NCBI GenBank assembly: GCA_038064575.1
Contig: JBBTST010000003.1
Location: 6,751-70,750 of the forward strand
From: Patescibacteria group bacterium
GTDB lineage: Bacteria > Patescibacteriota > WWE3 > UBA101185 > 2-01-FULL-41-18
Reading direction: 5' to 3'
DNA length: 64,000 nt
Part shown: positions 10,338 through 20,121 of the stretch, piece by piece
Layout: the number at the start of each line of letters is the position of its first letter
How positions within the stretch are numbered: the stretch's first letter is position 1
Notes under the pieces: model-generated
What the model was told of the DNA's origin: nothing
What the model saw: the letters and a program-made list of their open reading frames with translations, nothing else
Databases searched by the model: none
Translations under genes and position numbers: made by a program

Positions 10338-11477
10338 TTAACCTATCAGTGCTTTGTATATAGTTAAGAGCGTTTTTGCCTGCTTTGTTTGAGAAAACTT
10401 CTGTTCAGCCAGCTTTCTTCCGTTTTGACCCATTCGCTTTCTTAAAGGAGCGTCTGTACAAAGCTTTACACAGGCATCAGAGAATTTATCTAGGGAGTGT
10501 TTAACTGAAAAACCATTAGTACCATTCACCACAATAGACTGATTTGAAACATCCTTTACAACAACACACGGAAGGCCGCAGGCTACCGCTTCAATTACAA
10601 CCCTTGGATGAACCTCCGTTAAGGAGGCCATAACAAAGATGTGGGAACTTTTATAAACTTTTTCCAGTTGGGAGTTGGGAATAATACCTGTAAATACAAC
10701 CCTCTTAGACAAACCTAACTCCAAAACCACTTTCTCCAAATTTTCCCGTTCGGTGCCATTACCAACAACCACAAGTTTTGCCCTGTCAACCCGTTTGGCA
10801 ACTTTTGCAAAGGCTTCTATCAAAAAGCCTACATTTTTCTCCTTACTCAACCTTCCAACATACAAAAGAACCACATCCTCTTCCAAAACATAGCCTTTTT
10901 CAAATAAATAATTTGTTTTTCCTTCAGTAAATCTATTTAAATCAACGCAAGTGTACACAATATGAATGGGTTTTTCTATTTCCCATTTCTTTAAAAGAGT
11001 CTCAATTTTCTCTGAGGGGGCAACTACTACATCACATAGATTGCAGTAAAACTTGCTGAACCACCTGACCATTTTGGGAGTTAAAAGCTTCCCCCCAAAA
11101 ATGTGAGAAACATACTCGGAAAAAAGAGTGTGATAAGTAAATACATAAGGAACACGTCTTATTTTTGCCAGCTGATAACCAAAAAAACCCACAGTTCCAC
11201 ACGAATGCGCATGAATAATATCAAAGTCAATGTTTAAAAGATTCCTGACATCTTTATTAGGAAGTGGAAAGGAGGCTCTGATGTCATATTTTGAATAGAC
11301 TTCAATTGCCGGAATTCTAAAAACATGCTTGGGATCATCCAAAACACCCTTGATTGAAGGCGCAACAACATATACCTCATGGCCCAACTTTTTAAACTGG
11401 TTAACAGAATAATCAACGGAGATTACAACTCCATTTACATCGGGATGATATGTATCTGTAAAAAGACCTATTTTCAT
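10338..11477 (-). CDS. GT4 glycosyltransferase (diacylglycerol glucosyltransferase-like subfamily)
   Basis: MKIGLFTDTYHPDVNGV, FTYHT, YVGRLSKEKN, E..P.VVIEA.ACGLP. Confidence 0.88.
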   Translation of the reverse strand: MKIGLFTDTYHPDVNGVVISVDYSVNQFKKLGHEVYVVAPSIKGVLDDPKHVFRIPAIEVYSKYDIRASFPLPNKDVRNLLNIDFDIIHAHSCGTVGFFGYQLAKIRRVPYVFTYHTLFSEYVSHIFGGKLLTPKMVRWFSKFYCNLCDVVVAPSEKIETLLKKWEIEKPIHIVYTCVDLNRFTEGKTNYLFEKGYVLEEDVVLLYVGRLSKEKNVGFLIEAFAKVAKRVDRAKLVVVGNGTERENLEKVVLELGLSKRVVFTGIIPNSQLEKVYKSSHIFVMASLTEVHPRVVIEAVACGLPCVVVKDVSNQSIVVNGTNGFSVKHSLDKFSDACVKLCTDAPLRKRMGQNGRKLAEQKFSQTKQAKTLLTIYKALIG

Positions 11478-12737
11478 TTAACCAAGGTAATCCCTAAGTT
11501 TCTTGCTTCTTGAAGGGTGTCTTAATTTCCTCAAAGCTTTTGCCTCAATTTGCCTTATGCGCTCTCTTGTTACCCCAAACTCTTTCCCAACTTCTTCCAA
11601 AGTCCTTGGGCGCCCATCCTTAAGACCAAATCTAAGCTCCAATACTTTCTGCTCCCTGGGGTTAAGAGTTTGCAAAACCTCATCCAAATGACCCTTTAAA
11701 AGCTCATAGCTTGCTGCCTCAAAAGGCGTTTCCATGTCTGTATCAGGAATAAATTCTTTAAGTTTTGAATCATCCTCTTTCCCAACCGGAGTTTCAATTG
11801 AGGTGGGTTCTTGGGAAATTTTTATTATTTCATTGGCTTTTTCAACCTCAATACCCATTTCTTTGGCAATTTCCTCAGGCTTTGGAGGCCTTTCAAACTC
11901 CTGTTCCAGCTTTCTCTGAACTCTTTTGAATTTATTTATTGTTTCTATCATGTGGACCGGAATTCTGATGGTCCTAGCATGATCCGCAATAGCTCTTGTT
12001 ATAGCCTGCCTAATCCACCAAGTAGCATAGGTAGAAAACTTAAAACCCCTTCTCCAGTCAAATTTTTCAACGGCTCTCATTAAACCAATATTCCCTTCCT
12101 GAATCAGATCCAAAAAAGGTAAACCCCTTCCCATATATTTTTTTGCAATAGAAACAACCAGTCTTAAATTGGCACCAATAAGTCTGTCTACCGCCTCTTT
12201 TTCCCCTTTTTCCGCTCTTTTAGCAAGAGTTACCTCCTCAGGCCCTGTTAAAAGCTTCACTTTCCCAATTTCCCGCAAGTACATCCTAACAGGATCTGTA
12301 GAAGTGGCTTTATCTGCTGTAATAGTCATTTCCAGCTCTGCAACTTCTTCCGGTTCCGACTCTTCAACTACATTACTGTCAAAAACATCAATTTTAAGCT
12401 CGGCAAGTTTTTGATAAAGATTATCAAGCTCAATCACATTTTCCTCAGCCTCAGGGAATAAATCCAAAATATCTTCCTGAGTCAGGAAACCCTGTTTTTT
12501 GCCTTTTGCTACAAGTTTTTTTAAGATTGCTGTTCTTTTGGCATCAGCTTTAACAGGCTTGAGCTTAACCTCTACAACTTTCTCAACTTTGGGTGCTTTT
12601 GCGGAAAGCTCTTTAACAGGTGCCCCTTTTTTCTTTTCTGGGGGAAACTTTTTAGCTCCTACAACCCCCCCAACTTCCTGTTTTTCAATCTTAAGTTGTT
12701 TTCTTTCAAAAATCTTACCTTTCTGCAGTTTTTTCAT
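11478..12737 (-). CDS. rpoD: RNA polymerase primary sigma factor
   Basis: [55 protein letters not shown]. Lys-rich N-terminal extension. Confidence 0.98.
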   Translation of the reverse strand: MKKLQKGKIFERKQLKIEKQEVGGVVGAKKFPPEKKKGAPVKELSAKAPKVEKVVEVKLKPVKADAKRTAILKKLVAKGKKQGFLTQEDILDLFPEAEENVIELDNLYQKLAELKIDVFDSNVVEESEPEEVAELEMTITADKATSTDPVRMYLREIGKVKLLTGPEEVTLAKRAEKGEKEAVDRLIGANLRLVVSIAKKYMGRGLPFLDLIQEGNIGLMRAVEKFDWRRGFKFSTYATWWIRQAITRAIADHARTIRIPVHMIETINKFKRVQRKLEQEFERPPKPEEIAKEMGIEVEKANEIIKISQEPTSIETPVGKEDDSKLKEFIPDTDMETPFEAASYELLKGHLDEVLQTLNPREQKVLELRFGLKDGRPRTLEEVGKEFGVTRERIRQIEAKALRKLRHPSRSKKLRDYLG

Positions 12738-12741
12738 ATAA

Positions 12742-14526
12742 TTACGTCAACCTCTCGGAAATTTCTTTAAACTCGGAAAGAAGCCGATCAACTTCCCCTG
12801 AATCTCCCAAGGCTTCGGCCTCTTTTATTCTAGCCGAAAGATCTTTTAGCTCTCTTTTGGCCGTTTCGCTCTTTAAGCGCCTTAGAGTTTGGGAGAGCTC
12901 ACCCCCATACTTCTCTTCATCTTGGGAACTGCCTACATCGGATAGGTATAGTTTTTCAATTCTTTGAACAAGGCTTTCATCCTCAAGACGGGCCAAGAAA
13001 TATTTTATCTCAAATTTCTTTTTCCTGCCTAGGAGATAGCTCTTTAGTTTTGTAAAAACCGCCCCGATCTGTGAATCTGTAAAATCCCGTTGTCCCAACT
13101 TATATAGGTTTGTTTGAGCTAAGTCAAGTGGGGCTTTTAGGATGAGGCCAATCATGTATTCCTCCAGAGGAACCCCTGACAAAGCCCCTAACTTCCCAAA
13201 AACTGCGTCATCAGGCTCTTTTCCCACTTTAAAAGGGCGTGCAGTACTGCTGCTTCTCTCAAAAATTGAGCCAATAGCACTCTCAGAAATAGCTAAATCT
13301 TGAGACAGCTTGTTAACATAATAGTCCTTGAGCACAGGGTTTTGAATAACACTAAGCAGAGGCGCTAAAAATTCCAAAATCTTCTTTTTTCCAATAGAAT
13401 CTTTTCTATCAAACTTTCCAAAGGCATGAAGAATGTAAAAATCATAAACAGGCAATGCATTTGAGAGATTTTCTTTGAATTTATCAGGTTCTTTGCGCAG
13501 ACACTCGTCTATATCTTTGTAGGGTTTTGGGATGATAACAACTCTTAAATTAAAGTTCAGTTTTTCAGCAAGTTCAATCCCTCTTTGCGCAGCATTCATG
13601 CCTGCAAAGTCTGCATCAAAGCAAAAGTAAATATCTTTTGTAAATTTTTTAAGAGTTTCAAGCTGAAGATTTGTAAGAGCTGTTCCCCCGGTACAAACAG
13701 TGTTTCTTATCTCATTTTTATGGGCGGCAATCACATCCATTTGCCCTTCCACAAGAAGAACATACCCTGCCCGTTTAATTTCAACTTTGGCTTTTTCCAA
13801 AGCATACAAAATTGCGCTTTTGTTAAAGGCGTCTGTTTCAGGAGTATTCATGTATTTGGGCTCGCTACCATCCATGCTTCTTGCGGTAAAACCCACAACA
13901 TCTCCTGAAAGAGCCTTGATAGGAAACATAAGTCTTCCCCTAAACCTATCGTAACAGCCGCCCCTACCCTCAGAAACAACTCCCATACTGGAAGCAATAA
14001 TATCTTCAATCCTAAATTTTTTACCCATTAAAAACTTGCTCAGGCTGTTCCAGGAATTTGGCGCGTAACCAAGATTAAATTGGATAATATCTGCATCTCT
14101 AAGTCCTCTCTCCTCTTTAATATAAAGAAGCGCCTTTTCCCCAAGTTTATGTTTTGTCAAAATGAAATGATAAAATTCGGACGCCATGTGGTTTATTTCA
14201 ATAATTCTGTCTTTTCTGGATTTTTCTTTTTTTTGGTCCTGTATATCAATTTCCACGCCTGCTTTATTTGCCAAAAGTTTAAGAGAGGGTAAAAAGTCTA
14301 TACCTTCAATTTCCTTGATAAAAGCAAAAATATCTCCACCCTTTCCACAGCCAAAGCATCTGAAAATCTGCAGTTCCGGCGAGACCATAAATGAAGGGGT
14401 TTTCTCTCCATGAAAAGGGCATAAGCCTTTATAATTCTTCCCGGCTTTGGTAAGAGCCATGTAGGAAGCTATTAGATCTACTATGTTTATTCGCTCTTTA
14501 ATTTCTGTAAGCTTAGAATCCTCCAT
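12742..14526 (-). CDS. dnaG: DNA primase
   Basis: [15 protein letters not shown] zinc finger, [20 protein letters not shown] motifs VEGQMDV and FDAD. Confidence 0.98.
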   Translation of the reverse strand: MEDSKLTEIKERINIVDLIASYMALTKAGKNYKGLCPFHGEKTPSFMVSPELQIFRCFGCGKGGDIFAFIKEIEGIDFLPSLKLLANKAGVEIDIQDQKKEKSRKDRIIEINHMASEFYHFILTKHKLGEKALLYIKEERGLRDADIIQFNLGYAPNSWNSLSKFLMGKKFRIEDIIASSMGVVSEGRGGCYDRFRGRLMFPIKALSGDVVGFTARSMDGSEPKYMNTPETDAFNKSAILYALEKAKVEIKRAGYVLLVEGQMDVIAAHKNEIRNTVCTGGTALTNLQLETLKKFTKDIYFCFDADFAGMNAAQRGIELAEKLNFNLRVVIIPKPYKDIDECLRKEPDKFKENLSNALPVYDFYILHAFGKFDRKDSIGKKKILEFLAPLLSVIQNPVLKDYYVNKLSQDLAISESAIGSIFERSSSTARPFKVGKEPDDAVFGKLGALSGVPLEEYMIGLILKAPLDLAQTNLYKLGQRDFTDSQIGAVFTKLKSYLLGRKKKFEIKYFLARLEDESLVQRIEKLYLSDVGSSQDEEKYGGELSQTLRRLKSETAKRELKDLSARIKEAEALGDSGEVDRLLSEFKEISERLT

Positions 14527-14577
14527 TGGCTAGATATAACATTTAAGCACCAAGCTCACAACACTAAACTGGAAACG

Positions 14578-14612
14578 CCCGGGGTTTGCTATGCGTATAA
14601 CAAACCCCGAGT
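14578..14612. terminator. Hairpin, probable intrinsic terminator of the 14636-15019 gene
   Basis: CGGGGTTTG...CAAACCCCG inverted repeat. Confidence 0.5.
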
Positions 14613-14635
14613 ATTTAGACGCGGACAAGTAGCTA

Positions 14636-15019
14636 TCAAGTTAGGATTGTGTATATCAGGAAAGCGGCTGCGAGCAGGCTAATCATGGTGTGTAGAAAGC
14701 TAAACACCAACACAACCCAGTACCGCCACGACCTGGTAACATAATAGTCCTGGTAGAAAGGCCGTGAAAGAGCAGAAAGAACACCCAAATTTGACCACAC
14801 AATTACTTCAATCCCATACTTCCTTTCTACCGGAATCCTAAATCTCACAAGCCACAACCACAGGCACACATTTGCCCCAGCAACATAAAAAAGAGCTTGT
14901 TGGCCCCAGAAAAAAGCGCCTACTGCTACCATCAGGTTAAGAAGTGAGCAAAATCTTGCAAGGGGGCCTGGGGTTAATACTACCATCAGCTCTGGCTCAG
15001 ATATGTCTTCCATTGTCAA
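14636..15019 (-). CDS. Small orphan membrane protein
   Basis: Three to four hydrophobic segments. AAAGGAG SD suits ATG 15013. Confidence 0.65.
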   Translation of the reverse strand: MTMEDISEPELMVVLTPGPLARFCSLLNLMVAVGAFFWGQQALFYVAGANVCLWLWLVRFRIPVERKYGIEVIVWSNLGVLSALSRPFYQDYYVTRSWRYWVVLVFSFLHTMISLLAAAFLIYTILT

Positions 15020-15147
15020 TCTCCTTTGTTTTAGATGTAAGTGAATGATAAAACAGGATTAAAAATAAAGAAAACCGAGTATTTACCTAACGTTTTCTTG
15101 AAAAGGGCTTTGCAAACGCTTCAGTCAATTATTTTGAAAATGAAAAT

Positions 15148-15237
15148 TGGCGGAGGGGGCGGGATTCGAACCCGCGTGAGGCTTTCACCCCAACAGACTT
15201 TCCAGGTCTGCGCACTAGGCCTCTATGCGACCCCTCC
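15148..15237 (-). tRNA. tRNA-Ser(GGA)
   Basis: Reverse complement GGAGGGG...CAGAC-CT-GGA-AA-GTCTG, long variable arm, GGTTCGAATCC, ends GCCA. Confidence 0.96.
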
Positions 15238-15388
15238 ACAACCCAATCCAAAAGTACAAGAATTATACCAATAATAAGTTATTTAGCTCTGAATCAAAAA
15301 GCATAAATATATATAAACTTTCACTTGTTCAGAATTCCAAATCCGGTAGCAGAATCAAAGCAGTTTAGTAAATAGGGAAAATATAAAA

Positions 15389-15958
15389 CTAACACCAACT
15401 GCAACCGTAGTCTAAACCGTTTGTATGGCTGCAATCGTTAAAAACAGCAAGCTCCAAGTTTCCATTGTCTTTTATTCTTACAACAGTAACCGAGGCAAAG
15501 TCCACATTCATATTGAAAAAGCCAAGTACGTCTCCTCTCAAAATTCCAAGTACAACAAACCGAATGAAGTGGCCATGCGTAAAGATAAAAACATTTTCTC
15601 CTTTGGAACCCTCTACCAAACTTTTAAAGTTGTCAAATACTCGCTGTTTAATAGGTATAAATTTGTCTATCAAATAAATTAACTTATCATGATCGTTTGC
15701 AAAATACTCATCCACAACTTCTCTTAGACTATCCTCATACTTTGGGGTAACTCCCGGGTGGTATGTTAAAAATGTTTGGCAGGTGTCTTTAGCCCTCTCC
15801 ATTGTGCTTGAGTAAACTTCCTGAATTTTAAAATCTTTGAAGCGCCTGGCCATAGCTTCAGCGTGCTCAATACCGTTTTTGTTTAGCGGAGAGTTAGGAA
15901 GCTGCTTCCAGCTTTTGTCATACGCATTGCCATGCCTGATTAAATAAATCTGACGCAT
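15389..15958 (-). CDS. Histidine phosphatase (phosphoglycerate mutase) family protein
   Basis: YLIRHG, YSSTMERA..T, LRE, FTHG. Start taken at MRQIYLIRHG, with TATAAT 6 nt upstream. Confidence 0.88.
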   Translation of the reverse strand: MRQIYLIRHGNAYDKSWKQLPNSPLNKNGIEHAEAMARRFKDFKIQEVYSSTMERAKDTCQTFLTYHPGVTPKYEDSLREVVDEYFANDHDKLIYLIDKFIPIKQRVFDNFKSLVEGSKGENVFIFTHGHFIRFVVLGILRGDVLGFFNMNVDFASVTVVRIKDNGNLELAVFNDCSHTNGLDYGCSWC

Positions 15959-15993
15959 GGGAGAATTATACCTGTATCCAACTTGATTTAGAA

Positions 15994-16719
15994 TCAGACC
16001 TTTGGCATAAAGTTGTTGCGGCTCCAGTTCCACAGCACAGAGTGCATTTCAACCGGTGTAATGGGAGAATCCTTGAGTAACCTGCTCCAGGCTTCAACCG
16101 CCGCTTTTGGATCTGAGTCCTTGATTAAACCTAACTTAATAGAACTTTTAATTACGTGCGTATCTGGAATTATTGAAATAAGGTGCATGTTTTTTAGATT
16201 TGCATTTGTATATTTATTTAGTATGTAAAGCCAATAATTTGCCATTTTAAGGCCTTTTAAATAAGGGAACCACTCTTTTTTTTCACCTTGAATAAACTTT
16301 AGGATTCTACTTACGTCAAACCCATTTTTAATCAAAATGTTTCTTGGGTCATTCCCAAAATGGGTGTTTAGAGTAGTAGATATCTTTACCCAAATATCTG
16401 TATGTTTATTTTTTTGCAGAGCGAGTTTGTGTTTTAAAAGATCTGCTTGAATCTTAACCCATTCGGTCTCCACTATTTTTTCAGGATAAAATAAATAATT
16501 GGTTTTTTCATCATTCCAAGTTTTAAGAGCCGACTGCCACATAGCAGGGGAGCTTCTTTGAAAGTTTAAACAGACAGGCAGTGTAAAATAGATATAATTT
16601 AACCTATCTTCCTTACTAAACCCGGGATTGACCTCATGTTGTGCCAAAGTTTTAATTTGGCCTTCAGTAAAAAGTCTGTACAACTTCAAAATTCTGGGTA
16701 AAACTTTAGAATTTGTCAT
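15994..16719 (-). CDS. Putative HhH-GPD superfamily DNA glycosylase-like protein
   Basis: HhH-like FPYLKGLKMANYWL followed by IIPDTHV (conserved Asp) and a C-terminal ..LWNW helix. Confidence 0.55.
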   Translation of the reverse strand: MTNSKVLPRILKLYRLFTEGQIKTLAQHEVNPGFSKEDRLNYIYFTLPVCLNFQRSSPAMWQSALKTWNDEKTNYLFYPEKIVETEWVKIQADLLKHKLALQKNKHTDIWVKISTTLNTHFGNDPRNILIKNGFDVSRILKFIQGEKKEWFPYLKGLKMANYWLYILNKYTNANLKNMHLISIIPDTHVIKSSIKLGLIKDSDPKAAVEAWSRLLKDSPITPVEMHSVLWNWSRNNFMPKV

Positions 16720-16721
16720 TG

Positions 16722-17411
16722 TTAAATTTTAGTTTCCATGAAATACCTCTCAAAATAAGGGTTTTGAGTTTCCTTCATCACAATAGCAATAAGCTCTTGC
16801 ATTCCGGTATACATTTGAAGTTTGGTTGCTTCCTCCGGGGTAAACCAAAAATTCCGCCCTTCATTTGAATCTCTTAGTTCCCCCTCAGGATCAAGCATAA
16901 GATACACAAAGAAAAAGTTATCAAGGAGTATTTCCCGCCTACTGGGACCTCTGAGTTTATGGTATACACAAATGTTTTTGGGCTCGCCTTTAAGACCTGT
17001 CTCTTCTCTAAATTCTCTCACAGCGGTCTCTTCAGTTGTATCACCAAACCTTATTTTTCCGTTCACAAATCCAAAATAACCATAAAAGGGCTCCTTTAAT
17101 CTTTGGTGAAATAAAAGATGTGTTTTGCCATCGACTGTTCTTTTTGCCGTAATTGCAACACCGGGCCTGCCAAATTTCTCAAGCTTTAGAGCATCAACAT
17201 CAATTGTACTTGCAAAAGCTTTTCCCTTTAGAGTAAGAAGGTAGCGTCTGGCTTTCTTCTCAACCAAACCTTCTTTTATTAATTTTTTAATGTGAAAAGT
17301 AAAATGGTCACTTGTTAACCCAAGCCTGTTAAGCGAGGCAAAATTGGTACCGTTGTTAAACAGTAATTCCTTTAAAATGCTTATTTGTACTTGATGTAAT
17401 TCATTGTTCAT
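16722..17411 (-). CDS. Winged-helix + Nudix hydrolase fusion
   Basis: N-terminal wHTH (SDHFTFHIKKLIKEGLVEK...YLLTLKGK); Nudix box GKIRFGDTTEETAVREFREETGL. Start at MNNELHQ. Confidence 0.85.
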   Translation of the reverse strand: MNNELHQVQISILKELLFNNGTNFASLNRLGLTSDHFTFHIKKLIKEGLVEKKARRYLLTLKGKAFASTIDVDALKLEKFGRPGVAITAKRTVDGKTHLLFHQRLKEPFYGYFGFVNGKIRFGDTTEETAVREFREETGLKGEPKNICVYHKLRGPSRREILLDNFFFVYLMLDPEGELRDSNEGRNFWFTPEEATKLQMYTGMQELIAIVMKETQNPYFERYFMETKI

Positions 17412-17490
17412 GATTTCAAAGTGTAGCGGTGAGAAAGGTGCAAGTCTAGTGAAGAAGACTTTACTTCTCAAAAAAAACACAAAAACAGTC

Positions 17491-17522
17491 AAGGCGTGAA
17501 GAAATAAAACCTCACGCCTTTT
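17491..17522. terminator. Hairpin, probable terminator
   Basis: AAGGCGTGA...TCACGCCTT inverted repeat just past the 17532 stop. Confidence 0.5.
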
Positions 17523-17531
17523 GGAAAGAAA

Positions 17532-17738
17532 TCAGCCAGTTAAAGCCTGCATGGCCTTGAATAAAGCTTCCTGATCTGTTTTAAATATTTCGCCCCAGCT
17601 TTTTTTGGCCACCCCCTCTTTTAAAGAGGTTTGTGTTGCAATCTGCTTTCTTTCCGACATGTTTGCACCTTTTCCAGCGTAGGGTCCCGTACCATCCCAC
17701 CATTGGGAAAAACTCTCCACATCTTTGAACGCAACCAT
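17532..17738 (-). CDS. Small hypothetical protein
   Basis: 68 aa, AAGAAAGG upstream, followed by a terminator-like hairpin. Confidence 0.6.
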   Translation of the reverse strand: MVAFKDVESFSQWWDGTGPYAGKGANMSERKQIATQTSLKEGVAKKSWGEIFKTDQEALFKAMQALTG

Positions 17739-17805
17739 TTAAAACAAACCCTTTCTTCTTAAGATTTTGAGGCGGGTGTATTTTACAGTAAAAAGAAAAA
17801 TTGGT

Positions 17806-17922
17806 CTAATATAAGCGGTGTGACTCAAGAAGCTCTTCAAGAATAGATAGGGCTATGAAAAATACTCCGTATGCAACCATGAGCTTCCAACTCATATTGA
17901 GCCATCTTTTTGGTTGTTCCAT
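17806..17922 (-). CDS. Possible 38-aa single-TM microprotein
   Basis: My translation: MEQPKRWLNMSWKLMVAYGVFFIALSILEELLESHRLY*. It fills the gap between two co-oriented genes. Confidence 0.35.
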   Translation of the reverse strand: MEQPKRWLNMSWKLMVAYGVFFIALSILEELLESHRLY

Positions 17923-17963
17923 AATTGGTGTTGTGTTGTTTATGTGTACCCTATAATTAGGTT

Positions 17964-18149
17964 TTAGGCAGCATCAAACCTTGCCTTATTTTCAGTCATC
18001 CATTTCTCCAAGTCCTCCTTAGTATGATTAGAATTCTTCATTACCTCAGCATGAGCAACAAAGTAATGAGGCTTAAGTGCTTCCATCCAATCTTCGAATG
18101 TTTCACCTTTAGCCGTTACTTCACATAAATCACATTTAAGAGTTTTCAT
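17964..18149 (-). CDS. Small metal-binding protein (DUF1059-like)
   Basis: MKTLKCDLC...GETFEDW.....PHY..AH, a CxxC...H...H pattern. Confidence 0.65.
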   Translation of the reverse strand: MKTLKCDLCEVTAKGETFEDWMEALKPHYFVAHAEVMKNSNHTKEDLEKWMTENKARFDAA

Positions 18150-18248
18150 AGTTTTTTAGCCAATGTTTTTAACCCTTTAATAGTAGCGCATATTTTACAC
18201 TTTCGCCCCGGTTTGAAATTTCCCCAAAAATCGTCTGGCGAGCCAGCG

Positions 18249-18339
18249 TGGCGGAGGGGGTGGGATTCGAACCCACGTTGGGACTGGTCCCAGAACGCTT
18301 TTCGAGAGCGTCGCCGTATGACCGCTTGGCTACCCCTCC
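18249..18339 (-). tRNA. tRNA-Ser(CGA)
   Basis: Reverse complement GGAGGGG...ACGCT-CT-CGA-AA-AGCGT, long variable arm, GGTTCGAATCC, ends GCCA. Confidence 0.96.
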
Positions 18340-18447
18340 AGAGTTTATAGTAATCTGGTCTGGTTCTTTAAATTATAAAACTTCTACAGCAAGTATTTAG
18401 GGAAGGCAGCCTACTCAGAAACCACCTTCCCAAAAAGCAAACCAAAC

Positions 18448-18684
18448 TTACCCAAACGTGATATTTTTATCCCGCGGTTTTTTGCCAAGATCAGAATCAG
18501 GAATGGTAAGACCAAAATCCCCCCAAAATCCTGGGTGTGTGAATTTAGTGAATGCACCATCCTTCTCTGCTGTAAGCTCACCCTTAACATACTTGGGCGT
18601 ATCATGCAGATCATCTTTCAACTCTGTTTCAACGGGACATATTTTTGCAATCTCTCGCCAGGTAAGATCATTCAAATACTCCAT
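18448..18684 (-). CDS. Small hypothetical protein
   Basis: 78 aa with an AAAGGAG SD. Confidence 0.6.
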   Translation of the reverse strand: MEYLNDLTWREIAKICPVETELKDDLHDTPKYVKGELTAEKDGAFTKFTHPGFWGDFGLTIPDSDLGKKPRDKNITFG

Positions 18685-18762
18685 CTTGTGCTTTCTCCTT
18701 TCATCCTAAGCTTATGCAATATTACTAAATAATCGCTCAAACAAAAAATGTATAATACCCCT

Positions 18763-19761
18763 ATGCTTCATGAAACTCTCACACCACAAAGCCCGGTTGA
18801 AAAACATATCACATTGGAAGTCCCAATATTTTCAATAAATGATAGGGTTGGCACAATAAAAAACTTTGTCATTAACCGCCCTCAACAATACAGAAAGCTC
18901 AATTATGTATACTTTGAAGACGCAAACAAAAAATTAACTGGTCTTATTTCTCTACACACTCTTCTTGCATTAAAAGATGATGAGATGGTAAATCATCATG
19001 TTATAAGAAATGTTAAGCACTGCTTTGCCCACACTACTCTTGAAAAGGCTACCGCAATATCACTTCATCAGGGTATAACGGATTTGCCTGTTATCAACAA
19101 GGACGGGACTCTTTTGGGAGTTTTAACATCAGATACCATTCTGCATTTTGCTTCCGCATTTTTTTCAAGCAAGCACTTTGAGCACGGCGGGATTGTGCAT
19201 GGGAAATCTTTGTATGATCTGGTTGTAAACGGTTCCCTGGGAAAGCTTTTTGTGGCCAGACTCCCTTGGCTTTTTCTTGGAGCCGTTGGGGGAGTTTTTT
19301 CCGCAAGAGTGGTAGGATTTTTTGAAGGAACTATTGAGCAAAATATAACTTTAGCTTTATTTATTCCGGCAATTGTATATATGAGCGATGCCGTAGGAAC
19401 TCAAACTGAAACTCTTTTCATCAGAACTCTTGCACTCAAGGACGATCTAAATATTTTAAACTATGTTCTAAGAGATTTCCTTACTGCACTTTTGCTGGGA
19501 GGGGTGATTGGACTGGTGTTTGGCGTACTTTCTTATTTGTGGAAGGGAGAGCTTATTAGCTCTTTGATTATAGGTATGACAATGCTTATCAATACTGCAA
19601 TTTCATCCCCTGTAGCTATTGTAATTCCAACAATTTTTAGAAAACTTAGAATGGACCCGGCAATTGGCAGCGGTCCTTTGGCAACAATTATTCAGGATTT
19701 ATTAAGCCTGGTTGTGTATTTTGCTATAGCGTTAGCAGCACTTAAAGTTTTGAATTTCTAA
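18763..19761 (+). CDS. mgtE: MgtE magnesium transporter (CBS pair + TM domain)
   Basis: CBS domains, ARLPWL, FIP, GTQT.T, MDPAIGSGPLATIIQD. Start at ATG 18763, 6 nt after TATAAT. Confidence 0.88.
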   Translation: MLHETLTPQSPVEKHITLEVPIFSINDRVGTIKNFVINRPQQYRKLNYVYFEDANKKLTGLISLHTLLALKDDEMVNHHVIRNVKHCFAHTTLEKATAISLHQGITDLPVINKDGTLLGVLTSDTILHFASAFFSSKHFEHGGIVHGKSLYDLVVNGSLGKLFVARLPWLFLGAVGGVFSARVVGFFEGTIEQNITLALFIPAIVYMSDAVGTQTETLFIRTLALKDDLNILNYVLRDFLTALLLGGVIGLVFGVLSYLWKGELISSLIIGMTMLINTAISSPVAIVIPTIFRKLRMDPAIGSGPLATIIQDLLSLVVYFAIALAALKVLNF

Positions 19762-19838
19762 AAAGTCTCTCAAGAAGACGGTGGGGAGGTTCTGATGGCA
19801 AGAAACACGCCTTCAAAACCTCCTCTGCTTGACTTGTC

Positions 19839-19961
19839 TTAATCAGAGTCGTGCTTCTGGCTAATTTGACTACTTCTCATTGTAGCCACAAACACAAGTA
19901 GTGTTGACCCCAAAGTCAGGACCACCACCACAACAACAAGTAAAATCACTGTGGTATTCAT
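19839..19961 (-). CDS. 40-aa single-TM microprotein
   Basis: My translation: MNTTVILLVVVVVVLTLGSTLLVFVATMRSSQISQKHDSD*. Strong GAGGAGG SD. Below the ORF-track cutoff. Confidence 0.55.
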   Translation of the reverse strand: MNTTVILLVVVVVVLTLGSTLLVFVATMRSSQISQKHDSD

Positions 19962-20121
19962 CTTTCCTCCTCATGGCTATGGCACGCTGTTATGTAGAGG
20001 CGGGGCTCTGTTTTTCCCTCTAGAAACTCACAAACCCTTTCTGATAAAGCTTTGGGCATTTCTTTGCCTCCTTTCCTTCAAGTTTTATCTGATTATCACA
20101 CTGGCTTCAATAATTAACAAA

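Noticed and set aside
15041-15274. 77-aa ORF, and the N-terminal extension of the 23428-24075 ORF
   Set aside because: Both overlap tRNA-Ser genes and are artefacts of reading through tRNA sequence.
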